Shown here: positions 1 through 8,541 of the stretch, in pieces | How positions within the stretch are numbered: position 1 is the first letter of the stretch | Layout: every line of letters starts with the position of its first letter | Source: Promethearchaeota archaeon | GTDB lineage: Archaea; Asgardarchaeota; Lokiarchaeia; Sigyniarchaeales; SOKP01 | NCBI GenBank assembly: GCA_048939995.1 | Contig: JBHLOY010000024.1 | Location: 1 to 22,861 of the forward strand | Length of the DNA stretch: 22,861 nt | Reading direction: 5' to 3' | Notes under the pieces: generated by a model | What the model saw: only the letters and a program-made list of their open reading frames with translations | Database searches by the model: none | Told to the model about the DNA's origin: nothing | Position numbers and translations under genes: made by a program

Positions 1-510
1 AACTGGGATTTAATAGAAGTCTCAAAGGTTAACGACAAAATTATTAAAAAGCTTTTAAATTATCTAAAGTATGATATATCAGAAAATTTTTTCATTTCTT
101 TTGAAAGTTTATTGAAGTTAGGAAATAAAATCCCAGAGTACACAATTGATAGTATTATTAAGGAATTAGAGCAAAGTCATAACTTTAAAAAAGAATTGTT
201 TCAATTCATCTTAAATTTTACAAAAAATGGCATTGTTGAATATCATCTATTACCTCAGTTGTATAATCCTGATTTCATAATACGTGCTCGGGCAGTAATG
301 AAAATTAAAGATAATAATGATTCAAAATACCTAAAATTCTTATTACCTCTTTTAGAAGATCCTGACGATTCAGTTCGTTGGAGTGTAATAAAATATCTCG
401 CTAGTTTTAAGGATAATCACATTATATATAATGAGTTGAAGAAGCATTTAGATAAAGAATTAAATCCAATTATATTCGATAATTTAAGAGAAATTATCCA
501 AGAGAAGTAA
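1..510 (+). CDS. HEAT/PBS-lyase-repeat protein, 5' truncated by the window edge
   Basis: Frame 1 is open from base 1 (NWDLIEVSKVNDK...) through the ORF-track start at 112 to TAA at 510. HEAT-like units: DFIIRARAVMKI, LLPLLEDPDDSVRWSVIKYL. Confidence 0.7.
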   Translation, partial: NWDLIEVSKVNDKIIKKLLNYLKYDISENFFISFESLLKLGNKIPEYTIDSIIKELEQSHNFKKELFQFILNFTKNGIVEYHLLPQLYNPDFIIRARAVMKIKDNNDSKYLKFLLPLLEDPDDSVRWSVIKYLASFKDNHIIYNELKKHLDKELNPIIFDNLREIIQEK

Positions 511-692
511 TCTCATTATATTTATATTGATTGATTTTACTATTTAATTAACATAGTTAAAGTCTATATTATTAGAAAATATCAAAAAGTAAAGAATTAA
601 AAAAGACAATTTTAATTATAATAATAACCCAAATTTCTGGAAAATAAGAATTAAAGATTTTGAAAAAATTTTACATTTTTAGTAAATTCGAG

Positions 693-714
693 TTAAATTT
701 TAATTAAAATTTAA
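693..714. promoter_or_regulatory. Perfect 22-bp A/T palindrome upstream of the GTPase-regulator pair, candidate operator
   Basis: TTAAATTTTAATTAAAATTTAA equals its own reverse complement. It is A/T only, so a chance origin is possible. Confidence 0.3.
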
Positions 715-757
715 TTATGGTTGAGGATATAAATCAAATTTCAAAAGGTGTTGAATA

Positions 758-1285
758 ATTTCTACATATGATTACACTTTTAAAATTCTTTTATTAGGAG
801 ACGCTTCAGTTGGGAAGACCTCATTTACAAAAAGATATTGTTATAACATTTTTAATCCATCAGAGCGATTGACCATTGGTGTTGATTTTCATGTAAAAAC
901 TATAGAAATTCACGGTAAAAAAGTAAAACTTCAAATTTGGGATGTAGGAGGCGAGGAGCGCTTTAGGTTTTTATTACCTACTTATTGTTTGGGAGCAAAT
1001 GCTGCTTTCCTCTTATATGATATCACACGTCCACCTACTCTAGATAATATCCCTGAATGGGTAAATATAGTTAGGCAAAAGGCAGGATCTATTCCTATTG
1101 TCCTAGTTGGTTCAAAAATAGATTTAAATTCTCAACGACTAGTATCTCGAGATTATGGGATACAGATTTCAGAAAGAAATAATTTCTCAGGTTTTGGAGA
1201 AATTTCAAGCAAAACGGGTCAGAATGTTTTAAAAACTTTTGAAGTACTTGCAGAGTTGACTCTACAAAAATTAGAAAATAGGTGA
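758..1285 (+). CDS. Rab-like small GTPase (about 175 aa). True start lies upstream of the ORF-track call, probably ATT at 758.
   Basis: In-frame extension upstream of 869 gives STYDYTFKILLLGDASVGKTS (G1). Then TIGVDF (G2/RabF1), KLQIWDVGGEERF (G3/RabF2-3), YCLGA, LLYDIT, GSKID (G4), EISSKTG (G5). An in-frame TGA at 752-754 bounds the ORF. Confidence 0.92.
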   Translation: MSTYDYTFKILLLGDASVGKTSFTKRYCYNIFNPSERLTIGVDFHVKTIEIHGKKVKLQIWDVGGEERFRFLLPTYCLGANAAFLLYDITRPPTLDNIPEWVNIVRQKAGSIPIVLVGSKIDLNSQRLVSRDYGIQISERNNFSGFGEISSKTGQNVLKTFEVLAELTLQKLENR

Positions 1286-1289
1286 TTAC

Positions 1290-2252
1290 ATGGAAGAAAG
1301 CGAATTTTTGCCTTTAAGTTCTTTATTTGATGCGATTGGTGTCATAGAGAAAGGTATAGAAAAAATATATCATTACTTATTAAAGAATGTAAGAATAGAT
1401 AACTTAAAGGAAGTATCTTCTAAATTTGGTCTCACATTAAAAAGAGGATATAAAATTTGCTCTGTCTTAAATGATTTAGAACTTGTACAAATATATGATC
1501 GCCCTATGAAAATCCATCTAGCGACACCTGTAATTCCAATTTGGCAAAAAATAATAAATAATCGAATAGAAGAATTATCTCAAGAATTTCAAGAAAAAAA
1601 AGAAAAAGCAGAAATGGCCTTAGAGGATTTCTTAAAATATTATAATCTTTCTGAACAAGTGAGTCAAGAATTTGTAGAATTCATTAAGTATGACTTAAAT
1701 AACTTTTATGAAACTTATTATACATTCACAGCTAAAAAAGAATGTAGAATAGCGATAGGTATAAGATATGATAATGATTTAATCACTATGATTAAACAGA
1801 AAGGTCCAGAAAATGTACCCGAAAATCTGAGAGCTTCAATGAAAAATGGGATGTTAAAAGTTAAAGAAAATGTAAAAAATCTAAATGTTAAAATAATTTT
1901 TAATGCGGAACTTGTAAAAGAGTTATTGAAAAGCGAGGATTTTAAACTTTTGGAAAAACATATAGATCAATATGATTTAATGTTTGAAAAAGTTAGCGTT
2001 CATGTTACTTATGATGACTTTAGTAATTTTGGTCTCACTGATAATGAATTAGTTCAACCTAGTTTTGATCCAACTAATAAGTTGATTGGATCATATATTT
2101 CAAGGAATAGTAGTATTTACCAAATCTTTCATGAAAAATTCAATGAATTATTCGAAAAGGGTATTTCTATTAATGACTTCTTAAAGGAAAATAAGGATTT
2201 AAGCATGGAAACTGTAACTGAAAAACAGTCTTTCGTAATATGCCTTTTATAG
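1290..2252 (+). CDS. TrmB-like transcriptional regulator (N-terminal winged HTH, coiled-coil linker, C-terminal effector domain)
   Basis: EKIYHYLL...LKEVSSKFGLTLKRGYKICSVLNDLELVQIYDRPMKIHLATP resembles the TrmB wHTH. A long helix follows, and the C-terminal FHEKFNELFEKG is typical. AGGTGA SD at 1280-1285 overlaps the GTPase stop. Confidence 0.65.
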   Translation: MEESEFLPLSSLFDAIGVIEKGIEKIYHYLLKNVRIDNLKEVSSKFGLTLKRGYKICSVLNDLELVQIYDRPMKIHLATPVIPIWQKIINNRIEELSQEFQEKKEKAEMALEDFLKYYNLSEQVSQEFVEFIKYDLNNFYETYYTFTAKKECRIAIGIRYDNDLITMIKQKGPENVPENLRASMKNGMLKVKENVKNLNVKIIFNAELVKELLKSEDFKLLEKHIDQYDLMFEKVSVHVTYDDFSNFGLTDNELVQPSFDPTNKLIGSYISRNSSIYQIFHEKFNELFEKGISINDFLKENKDLSMETVTEKQSFVICLL

Positions 2253-2295
2253 AGACTCAACTAAAAGGAAACATACATAGTAAAAAATTATTTAC

Positions 2296-3822
2296 TTAAT
2301 CCTTTTTTCTTTGTAAAGCTTGCCTAAACTTTTCCAATTGTTTTCTAGGAGTAACAGTGGGACGGTCATATCTTTTTAATCTCTTCTTTATTCCAAAAAG
2401 ATATTTAGCAATATCTTTTAATTTCTCAGTGTCATAACGCATCATCATAGTAATAGTTTCCATTTGGGGGCTACCACCACCATGCAACCCTGCTACTTGC
2501 ATTACACCAGCTAAATCAGAAACAACTAAACCCTCAATTCCTTTAAAACACCTAAGCATGTTTTCAGGTTTAACTCTTGGATTTCTCTGTAAATATTTCA
2601 TAGCCAATTCTCCCACTTCTTCACTAAAAAAAGTTTCTTCGAATGGCAAAGTTGCAATTATTCCTCCTGAAAGGTCGGCTAGTATTTTATATTCTTCATA
2701 AATCATCTCACCTGCAAGTCGCCTACCTGCGTTTGTGAGAATTTCATCTGGTACCTGAGTTCCTGAGGGTGTTTTTTCAGAATGCTTTGCACTTGATTCT
2801 CCAGCAGCAAATACTAGCTCCGCGGTGCCTATAATATGAGATATCTTATCTCGTGCATGAGATGTATTTTCAATGCCATTATATTCTGCCACTAATGCTG
2901 CGGCACTGGCAATTACTTCAGATACTGCTGGCTTGCATCCAGTATAACTATGTCGGTGATAATGTGCAAACATTAAAGCTAGGAAACCTGCATATGGAGT
3001 TTGTCTTGGATCTCCATGACCATTTAAGAACACTCGTTCATTTGGGACAAAAACATCGTCAAAAATGATAAATGTTTCTGCATCACCAATTTCAGCTCCT
3101 GGGGCTTCAACATATTTGGTCTTCCTATAATTAGCAGGTCTCGTTAATAATTTAACTCCATCCCAATCAGTCGGAAGTGCAAATGCTACTGCGTAATCTT
3201 TATCCTCTGGACCCATATATCTGCAAGGAACAACAATCATCTCATCAGCATATGGAGTATTTGTAATGTTAACCTTACATCCCCTTACCACAATTCCATG
3301 CTCTCTAGTTTCAACCACACGTAAGTATTGGTCGGGATCTACCTGTTCATGAGGTCTTTTTAATCTATCACCTTTCGCATCAGTTTGAGCACAACTCGCC
3401 ACTAAATCATTCTCTTGAAAATATTCCATATATTTGTTAAATTTAATAAAGTAATCTGTACCTATTGCTTGATCTATTTCATATGTTACAACTGAAAGAG
3501 CATTAAGTGCATCTATTCCCATGCAACGCTGTATACATCCCCCACAACGATGACACAGTTGTCGAGTCATAAGTTGTTTATTGAGTAAGTCGTCAACACT
3601 CTGATGAATATGACAAAATCTGTTAATTTTCTTGCCAGTTAAATGACTTGTAGCTGTACAAACATCTTCCCATTCAGGATCGTGAGCTTTATCAAAAGTT
3701 TCTTTTATAATTCTCATTCCCCCTTTTAAACGAGGATCATCTCGACCGACTTTCTCTTCGCCAATATAAATATTTGGTTTCATTTTATATAATCTTTGAA
3801 CATAATCTTCATATGTCTTCAT
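2296..3822 (-). CDS. Divergent 4-hydroxybutyryl-CoA dehydratase (AbfD/HpaB-family) homologue with FAD and [4Fe-4S] motifs
   Basis: SHLTGKKINRF, CIQRC, TDAKGDR, HRHSYTGCK, HGGGSP. Colinear with 16674..18122. Confidence 0.85.
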   Translation of the reverse strand: MKTYEDYVQRLYKMKPNIYIGEEKVGRDDPRLKGGMRIIKETFDKAHDPEWEDVCTATSHLTGKKINRFCHIHQSVDDLLNKQLMTRQLCHRCGGCIQRCMGIDALNALSVVTYEIDQAIGTDYFIKFNKYMEYFQENDLVASCAQTDAKGDRLKRPHEQVDPDQYLRVVETREHGIVVRGCKVNITNTPYADEMIVVPCRYMGPEDKDYAVAFALPTDWDGVKLLTRPANYRKTKYVEAPGAEIGDAETFIIFDDVFVPNERVFLNGHGDPRQTPYAGFLALMFAHYHRHSYTGCKPAVSEVIASAAALVAEYNGIENTSHARDKISHIIGTAELVFAAGESSAKHSEKTPSGTQVPDEILTNAGRRLAGEMIYEEYKILADLSGGIIATLPFEETFFSEEVGELAMKYLQRNPRVKPENMLRCFKGIEGLVVSDLAGVMQVAGLHGGGSPQMETITMMMRYDTEKLKDIAKYLFGIKKRLKRYDRPTVTPRKQLEKFRQALQRKKD

Positions 3823-3975
3823 TCTAAAACCCTATTTATTTTTAATTTTTGAGTAGGATAATCTTTTTCTATTAATAAATGAAACTCCTATTTGCAAGAA
3901 TTCTTAGGAATAAAAATTAAAAAAGAGTAAAATAAAAAAATAAAAAATTGATATTAGAAAGGTATTTTTTAGGTT

Positions 3976-4404
3976 TTAATCATATCTCTTATATGTAAAT
4001 AGTAGCCAGAAAAATCCAATAGTTCCTATAAAGAAAGCCACAAGAATAATATAGTTAATCCAATTGACCCACCATTCAGTACCAAACCATGAGAGCATTA
4101 TTGAAAGAGTTTGAACCGCCATTATACTTAAAACAACTAATCCCATACCCATTGCATATTCTTGTTCTCGGAACATGCCAATACCTGAGACTATACACCA
4201 AAATCCAAGTAAAGCTGAAACTAAACCAGAAGAACCAAGAATACTAAGTGCGGCTTGAATGGCAGGGTGCGATAAATCAATTCCTAGAGGAATCCCCCAC
4301 CATGCCAAGAGATTTACAATCCCCACAAAGACAAAAAGAGCACCAATAATTATCATCAAAATATTCAAAAGTTCATTTGAATCTTTTTTCTTTACTTCAC
4401 TCAT
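3976..4404 (-). CDS. Small integral membrane protein, about 4 TM helices, function unknown
   Basis: Four hydrophobic stretches. ATG at 4404 (MSEVKK) is preferred over GTG at 4413. Confidence 0.7.
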   Translation of the reverse strand: MSEVKKKDSNELLNILMIIIGALFVFVGIVNLLAWWGIPLGIDLSHPAIQAALSILGSSGLVSALLGFWCIVSGIGMFREQEYAMGMGLVVLSIMAVQTLSIMLSWFGTEWWVNWINYIILVAFFIGTIGFFWLLFTYKRYD

Positions 4405-4533
4405 TTTTTTCACTAACTATTTTTTTTTATATAAATAGTAAGTATCAATAAAACAAACAAGTTATTTAAATTTTTAATATTAATAACTTAAATATAAAAT
4501 TTGAAATCCTTATGATTTTTAAGTATAAATATA

Positions 4534-5517
4534 ATGAAAAATTCACTAACTCCAGAAGCAATCGTTTCCGACTTTTTAAATGGAAAATTACATCTTAATT
4601 TAGCAGTAGAGTTATTATTATCACTTTTAGAAAAGAGTGATAATTCCGAAATGCGAAGAAAAAGTATAATCGCTCTCGAAAAATTGGGAGTGAATGATTA
4701 TAAGATCTTTAAAATTTTAGAAAATTTTCTATTATCAGATGAAAATCCTTACGTACGTAGTGCTGCAGCTAAATTAATAGGTCAATCCTATCTTAAATAT
4801 GGGCAAAAAACATTATTATGGGTAATCCAACATGAAAAATCACCAGCAGTCATAAAAACTATGGTGAATATGATTGAAAAGGAACCTCCGCATTTTAGAA
4901 CAATTGCAGAAGAAATTTTTAATTGGCTTAAAAATTTTTCTTTCTATTTAGGGGTAATTCCAAATGAATCTAAATTTTTTTTGGATTTGGAAGTTTTTTT
5001 TTCCCAAAACAATATAGATTACGAAATTTCATCCCATACTTATCAATTTTATGAGAAAATAAGTCATATTAAAAATGACCAACCTTGGCTTATTATAAAA
5101 AATAAACACATTGAAATCTTAAATTTTAATTATTTAAATTGGTATTTTTTAAAAATTAATCAAGACATGATTGATTCCTTTATTAAAATGATAGATTTAG
5201 ATACTTTTCTTAATTTATATGAGAAGATTGAATTGAGAAGATTTAATGGAATTAGAATTATAAAATCATTAAAATATCTAAAAAACCTAAAAAAGTTAGT
5301 ATTAAGGGGAAATGGTATTGATACAATCCCTGAATTTTTGACAGATATCGAGAATCTTGAAGAATTAGACTTAAGTCATAACTCTATAAGAGAAATCCCT
5401 AATTCCATCATGAATCTTAAAAATTTGAAGATTTTGAAATTAAATAATAATAACCTTGAACAAACTACGTTTGAATTGAAGTCTTTTTTGAGTTCCTTAG
5501 AACTTGTTGATATCTAA
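4534..5517 (+). CDS. HEAT-repeat plus leucine-rich-repeat protein
   Basis: N-terminal SDNSEMRRKSIIALEKL and SDENPYVRSAAAKLI. C-terminal LxxLxLxxNxI repeats (LKKLVLRGNGI, LEELDLSHNSI, LKILKLNNNNL). Confidence 0.85.
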   Translation: MKNSLTPEAIVSDFLNGKLHLNLAVELLLSLLEKSDNSEMRRKSIIALEKLGVNDYKIFKILENFLLSDENPYVRSAAAKLIGQSYLKYGQKTLLWVIQHEKSPAVIKTMVNMIEKEPPHFRTIAEEIFNWLKNFSFYLGVIPNESKFFLDLEVFFSQNNIDYEISSHTYQFYEKISHIKNDQPWLIIKNKHIEILNFNYLNWYFLKINQDMIDSFIKMIDLDTFLNLYEKIELRRFNGIRIIKSLKYLKNLKKLVLRGNGIDTIPEFLTDIENLEELDLSHNSIREIPNSIMNLKNLKILKLNNNNLEQTTFELKSFLSSLELVDI

Positions 5518-5633
5518 TGACCAAATTGCTAGATTATTGATTATACAGATTGATTTTTGAACCTAAGATAGTTATATATAAAATAAAAGATAAACCTATT
5601 ATCAATTGAAGAAAAAATACAATGGTATAAATC

Positions 5634-7343
5634 ATGGAAGAAAAACCAAAAATTAATGGAGGAGATGTTTTGATAAAATGTCTCCTCGCTGAAAAAGTCA
5701 AATATATGTTTGGAATTATCGGTGGGCAATTTTTGAACATGTTTGATGCTATTTATAGATGGGGTCGTGAACAAGGCATTGAAACTGTCATGTTTAGGCA
5801 TGAACAAGCTGCTGCTCATGCAGCAGATGCATGGGCAAGATTAACTAATACTCCTGGCGTGTGTTTTGGAACAGCTGGACCTGGTGCTACCGATCTTATA
5901 CCTGGAGTAGCCGCTGCTTGGAGTGATAATATTCCACTCGTCGCTATTGTTAATCAAGTAAACAGTAAGTTTGATGATTTATTTACCTTGCAAGGAAATC
6001 TTGATCAAATAACTATGTTTAAACCAATTACAAAATATCAAAGAACTATTAGAGATGTAGAGAAAATCCCAGATGCTGTTCAGAAGGCATTTCGTGAAGC
6101 TACAGGTGGGAGACCTAGACCTGTCTTGTTGGAAGTAGTTGAGGATGCTTTTCTTGGTGAAATAGAAGAGGATCAAGTATCAATCAGGCCCCCAATTAAT
6201 TATCGATCGCTCAGCAAACCTTCTATTAGTGATGACTCGATTAAAAAATCAATAGATTTATTGATGGAAGCAGAAAGACCATTAATTATTTCTGGAGGAG
6301 GAGTCGCAAGGGCAGAAGCATGGAATGAATTAAACGAATTTGCTGAATTTTTGCAGACCCCTGTAATAACAAGTATTATGGGAATAGGAACAATTTCTAA
6401 TACCTCAAAATGTTTAGTTGATTCGTCAATTCAAGGATTTGGTAAAGAAATCTCTTATAGAGCTGATGTAATTTTAGCTCTTGGAACTAAATTTTCATTT
6501 ACTTTAGGTCATGGTGACGAGCCCTTTTTTAAAGATTCTCAGAAAATGATACAAGTAGATATCGACCCTATCATTATTGGAAGAGCTAAACCTATTACTT
6601 TAGGTATTGAAGGTGATTGTAGGATATACTTAAAAAAAATGCTTGAAGAAGTCAAAAAGAAAGGAAAGGTGGAAAAGAGAGATTGGATGGAACAAATTTT
6701 TGAAATGAAACAAAAATATATTGACAATTTTATGAAAAAAGCTTTAAAAGAGAAAATTCCAATTATTCCTCAAAGATTGGTTAAGGAAGTCTTAGATTTT
6801 ATGGATGAAGATGCAATTTTAGTTGTTGATGGTGGAGACATTGCTTGCCATACAGTTGAGCAAATAAATCTTCATAAGCCACGACCACCACTCTCAACCT
6901 TAATATCAATAGGAATGGGGCATTTAGGCACATCTATTCCATATGCAATAGGTGCTAAATTAGCTAAACCTGAAAAGCAAGTGATTGCTATAGCTGGAGA
7001 TGGTAGTTTTCTATTTAATGTCCAAGAATTAGAGTCAGCTGTCCGATTAGGCTTGAAGAATATGATCTTTGTTATAGCAAATAATCAAGCATGGGGTATG
7101 ATAAAATCTTGCCAAGATAAATATAAAAAAAAGCATTTTATTGATGTAGATCTACCAGATTTCGATTTTGCAAAATGTGCTGAAGGTTTTGACTGTTATG
7201 GCGAAACTGTGATAGATCCAAAGGAAATCAGGCCTTCTCTCGAGAGAGCTAAACAGTCAAATAAACCAGCTGTCATTAATATTAAAATTGCACAGGTTAT
7301 GTCAGATGGTACAAAACTAATGGCTTCAATGGGTATTCTCTAA
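5634..7343 (+). CDS. ThDP-dependent enzyme, acetolactate-synthase-like fold, ILVBL/2-hydroxyacyl-CoA-lyase-like
   Basis: RHEQAAAHAADAWARLT, TAGPG, GRPRPV, ThDP motif GDGSF...NNQAWG. It has LVVDGGD instead of the AHAS DVGQHQMW motif. Confidence 0.85.
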   Translation: MEEKPKINGGDVLIKCLLAEKVKYMFGIIGGQFLNMFDAIYRWGREQGIETVMFRHEQAAAHAADAWARLTNTPGVCFGTAGPGATDLIPGVAAAWSDNIPLVAIVNQVNSKFDDLFTLQGNLDQITMFKPITKYQRTIRDVEKIPDAVQKAFREATGGRPRPVLLEVVEDAFLGEIEEDQVSIRPPINYRSLSKPSISDDSIKKSIDLLMEAERPLIISGGGVARAEAWNELNEFAEFLQTPVITSIMGIGTISNTSKCLVDSSIQGFGKEISYRADVILALGTKFSFTLGHGDEPFFKDSQKMIQVDIDPIIIGRAKPITLGIEGDCRIYLKKMLEEVKKKGKVEKRDWMEQIFEMKQKYIDNFMKKALKEKIPIIPQRLVKEVLDFMDEDAILVVDGGDIACHTVEQINLHKPRPPLSTLISIGMGHLGTSIPYAIGAKLAKPEKQVIAIAGDGSFLFNVQELESAVRLGLKNMIFVIANNQAWGMIKSCQDKYKKKHFIDVDLPDFDFAKCAEGFDCYGETVIDPKEIRPSLERAKQSNKPAVINIKIAQVMSDGTKLMASMGIL

Positions 7344-7378
7344 TAATTTTAATTGAAAAACTTCCTATAGGGATTAAA

Positions 7379-8392
7379 TTGAAAGGGATATATTTTACAC
7401 AAATCAACAAAGTGGAGCTTAAAGACGATTTACCAAAACCTCAAATTCAAGCGGATGAGGTTTTAATCAAGGTGAAAATTTGTGGGATATGTGGATCAGA
7501 TATAGGATCCTTCTTAACTGGAGCTTTGGAGTCCCAACAAATAATTTTAGGACATGAGTTTTCCGGAGAGATAGTTGAACTTGGTGAGAGAGTTAAGAAG
7601 TTAAAACTGGGAGATCGAGTCACGGCTAATCCCAATATTCCTTGTTTAGAATGTAATTATTGTAGAGCAGGATTAGAATTCTTATGTATACATAATACTA
7701 TTGGCATAACTCTCAATGGAGCCTTAGCAGAATATGTCAAAATCAGGTCAGATAGAATTCATAAATTACCAAACTCAGTTTCATTTGAAGAAGCAGCTAT
7801 GGTAGAACCTATATCAAATGCTGTTCAAGCAGTTAAAATTTCGGGTTTTAAAATTGGTGATAATGCAGCTGTTTTTGGAGCGGGACCAGTTGGACTATTA
7901 GTTATTCAAGTACTCAAGAAAGCAGGAGCAAGTAATATCTATGTTATTGAACCTGTCGAATCTAAACATAAATTAGCTTTAGAATTTGGAGCCGATCAAG
8001 TTTTTCCTCCGGATAAATGGAGTCGAATTCTTAAACTTACAGATAAAATTGGACCAGATTTTATTTTTGATTGTGTAGCACTTCCAGAGACTATAATCAC
8101 CTCGCTTCAATTAGTTAAAAGGGGTGGTTTAATAATGGTCATAGGGATACATTCAGAGCCATTTGAAATGAGAGGAATACTTCAATTAATGTCTAAAAAT
8201 ATTACAATAAAAGGGATGTATTTAGCAGATCAAGATTCCTTTAGAACAGCTTTAAAATTATTAGAACAGAAGGAAATTGAAATTGATTCTATCATCACTA
8301 AGAAAATAAAATTAGACCAAGTGCCTGAAACTTTTAAAAATCTATCTATTGGTCTACATAATGATCTTAAGATTCAAGTAGAAATTAAGTAA
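7379..8392 (+). CDS. Zinc-dependent medium-chain alcohol dehydrogenase
   Basis: CGICGSD, GHEFSG, structural Zn site CLECNYC...C, GAGPVG Rossmann motif. TTG start. Confidence 0.9.
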   Translation: MKGIYFTQINKVELKDDLPKPQIQADEVLIKVKICGICGSDIGSFLTGALESQQIILGHEFSGEIVELGERVKKLKLGDRVTANPNIPCLECNYCRAGLEFLCIHNTIGITLNGALAEYVKIRSDRIHKLPNSVSFEEAAMVEPISNAVQAVKISGFKIGDNAAVFGAGPVGLLVIQVLKKAGASNIYVIEPVESKHKLALEFGADQVFPPDKWSRILKLTDKIGPDFIFDCVALPETIITSLQLVKRGGLIMVIGIHSEPFEMRGILQLMSKNITIKGMYLADQDSFRTALKLLEQKEIEIDSIITKKIKLDQVPETFKNLSIGLHNDLKIQVEIK

Positions 8393-8486
8393 TTATTAAT
8401 TTATAACTTATTTTTTTGTATATTTGTCTGAAAAAGAAAAAAAACAGACCGTTTCCTTGTTATTTCTATCAAAAATTTAGAAAAAA

Positions 8487-8494
8487 TTTATAAA
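8487..8494 (+). promoter_or_regulatory. Candidate archaeal BRE/TATA promoter of the acyl-CoA ligase gene
   Basis: GAAAAAA followed by TTTATAAA, about 50 nt upstream of the start. Confidence 0.45.
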
Positions 8495-8510
8495 TTCTAC
8501 TATCAGTAAT

Positions 8511-8541
8511 AATGATATTTACTAATATCGTAAATATTATT
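8511..8541. promoter_or_regulatory. Inverted repeat over the predicted TSS of the acyl-CoA ligase gene, candidate operator or 5' hairpin
   Basis: AATGATATTTAC-N7-GTAAATATTATT, with 11 of 12 positions paired. Confidence 0.4.

Noticed and set aside
869-1285. ORF-track 138-aa GTPase as a truncated or pseudogene product
   Set aside because: The P-loop is intact and in frame upstream (797-820), so the short call is an artefact of the start-codon set.
2235-2252. C-terminal VICLL of the regulator as a CaaX prenylation signal
   Set aside because: The Cys is third from last, not fourth, and the local CPBP protein looks inactive.
2296-3822. 4-hydroxyphenylacetate 3-monooxygenase (HpaB) call
   Set aside because: It shares the fold but retains Fe-S ligand motifs that HpaB lacks, and no flavin reductase partner is seen.
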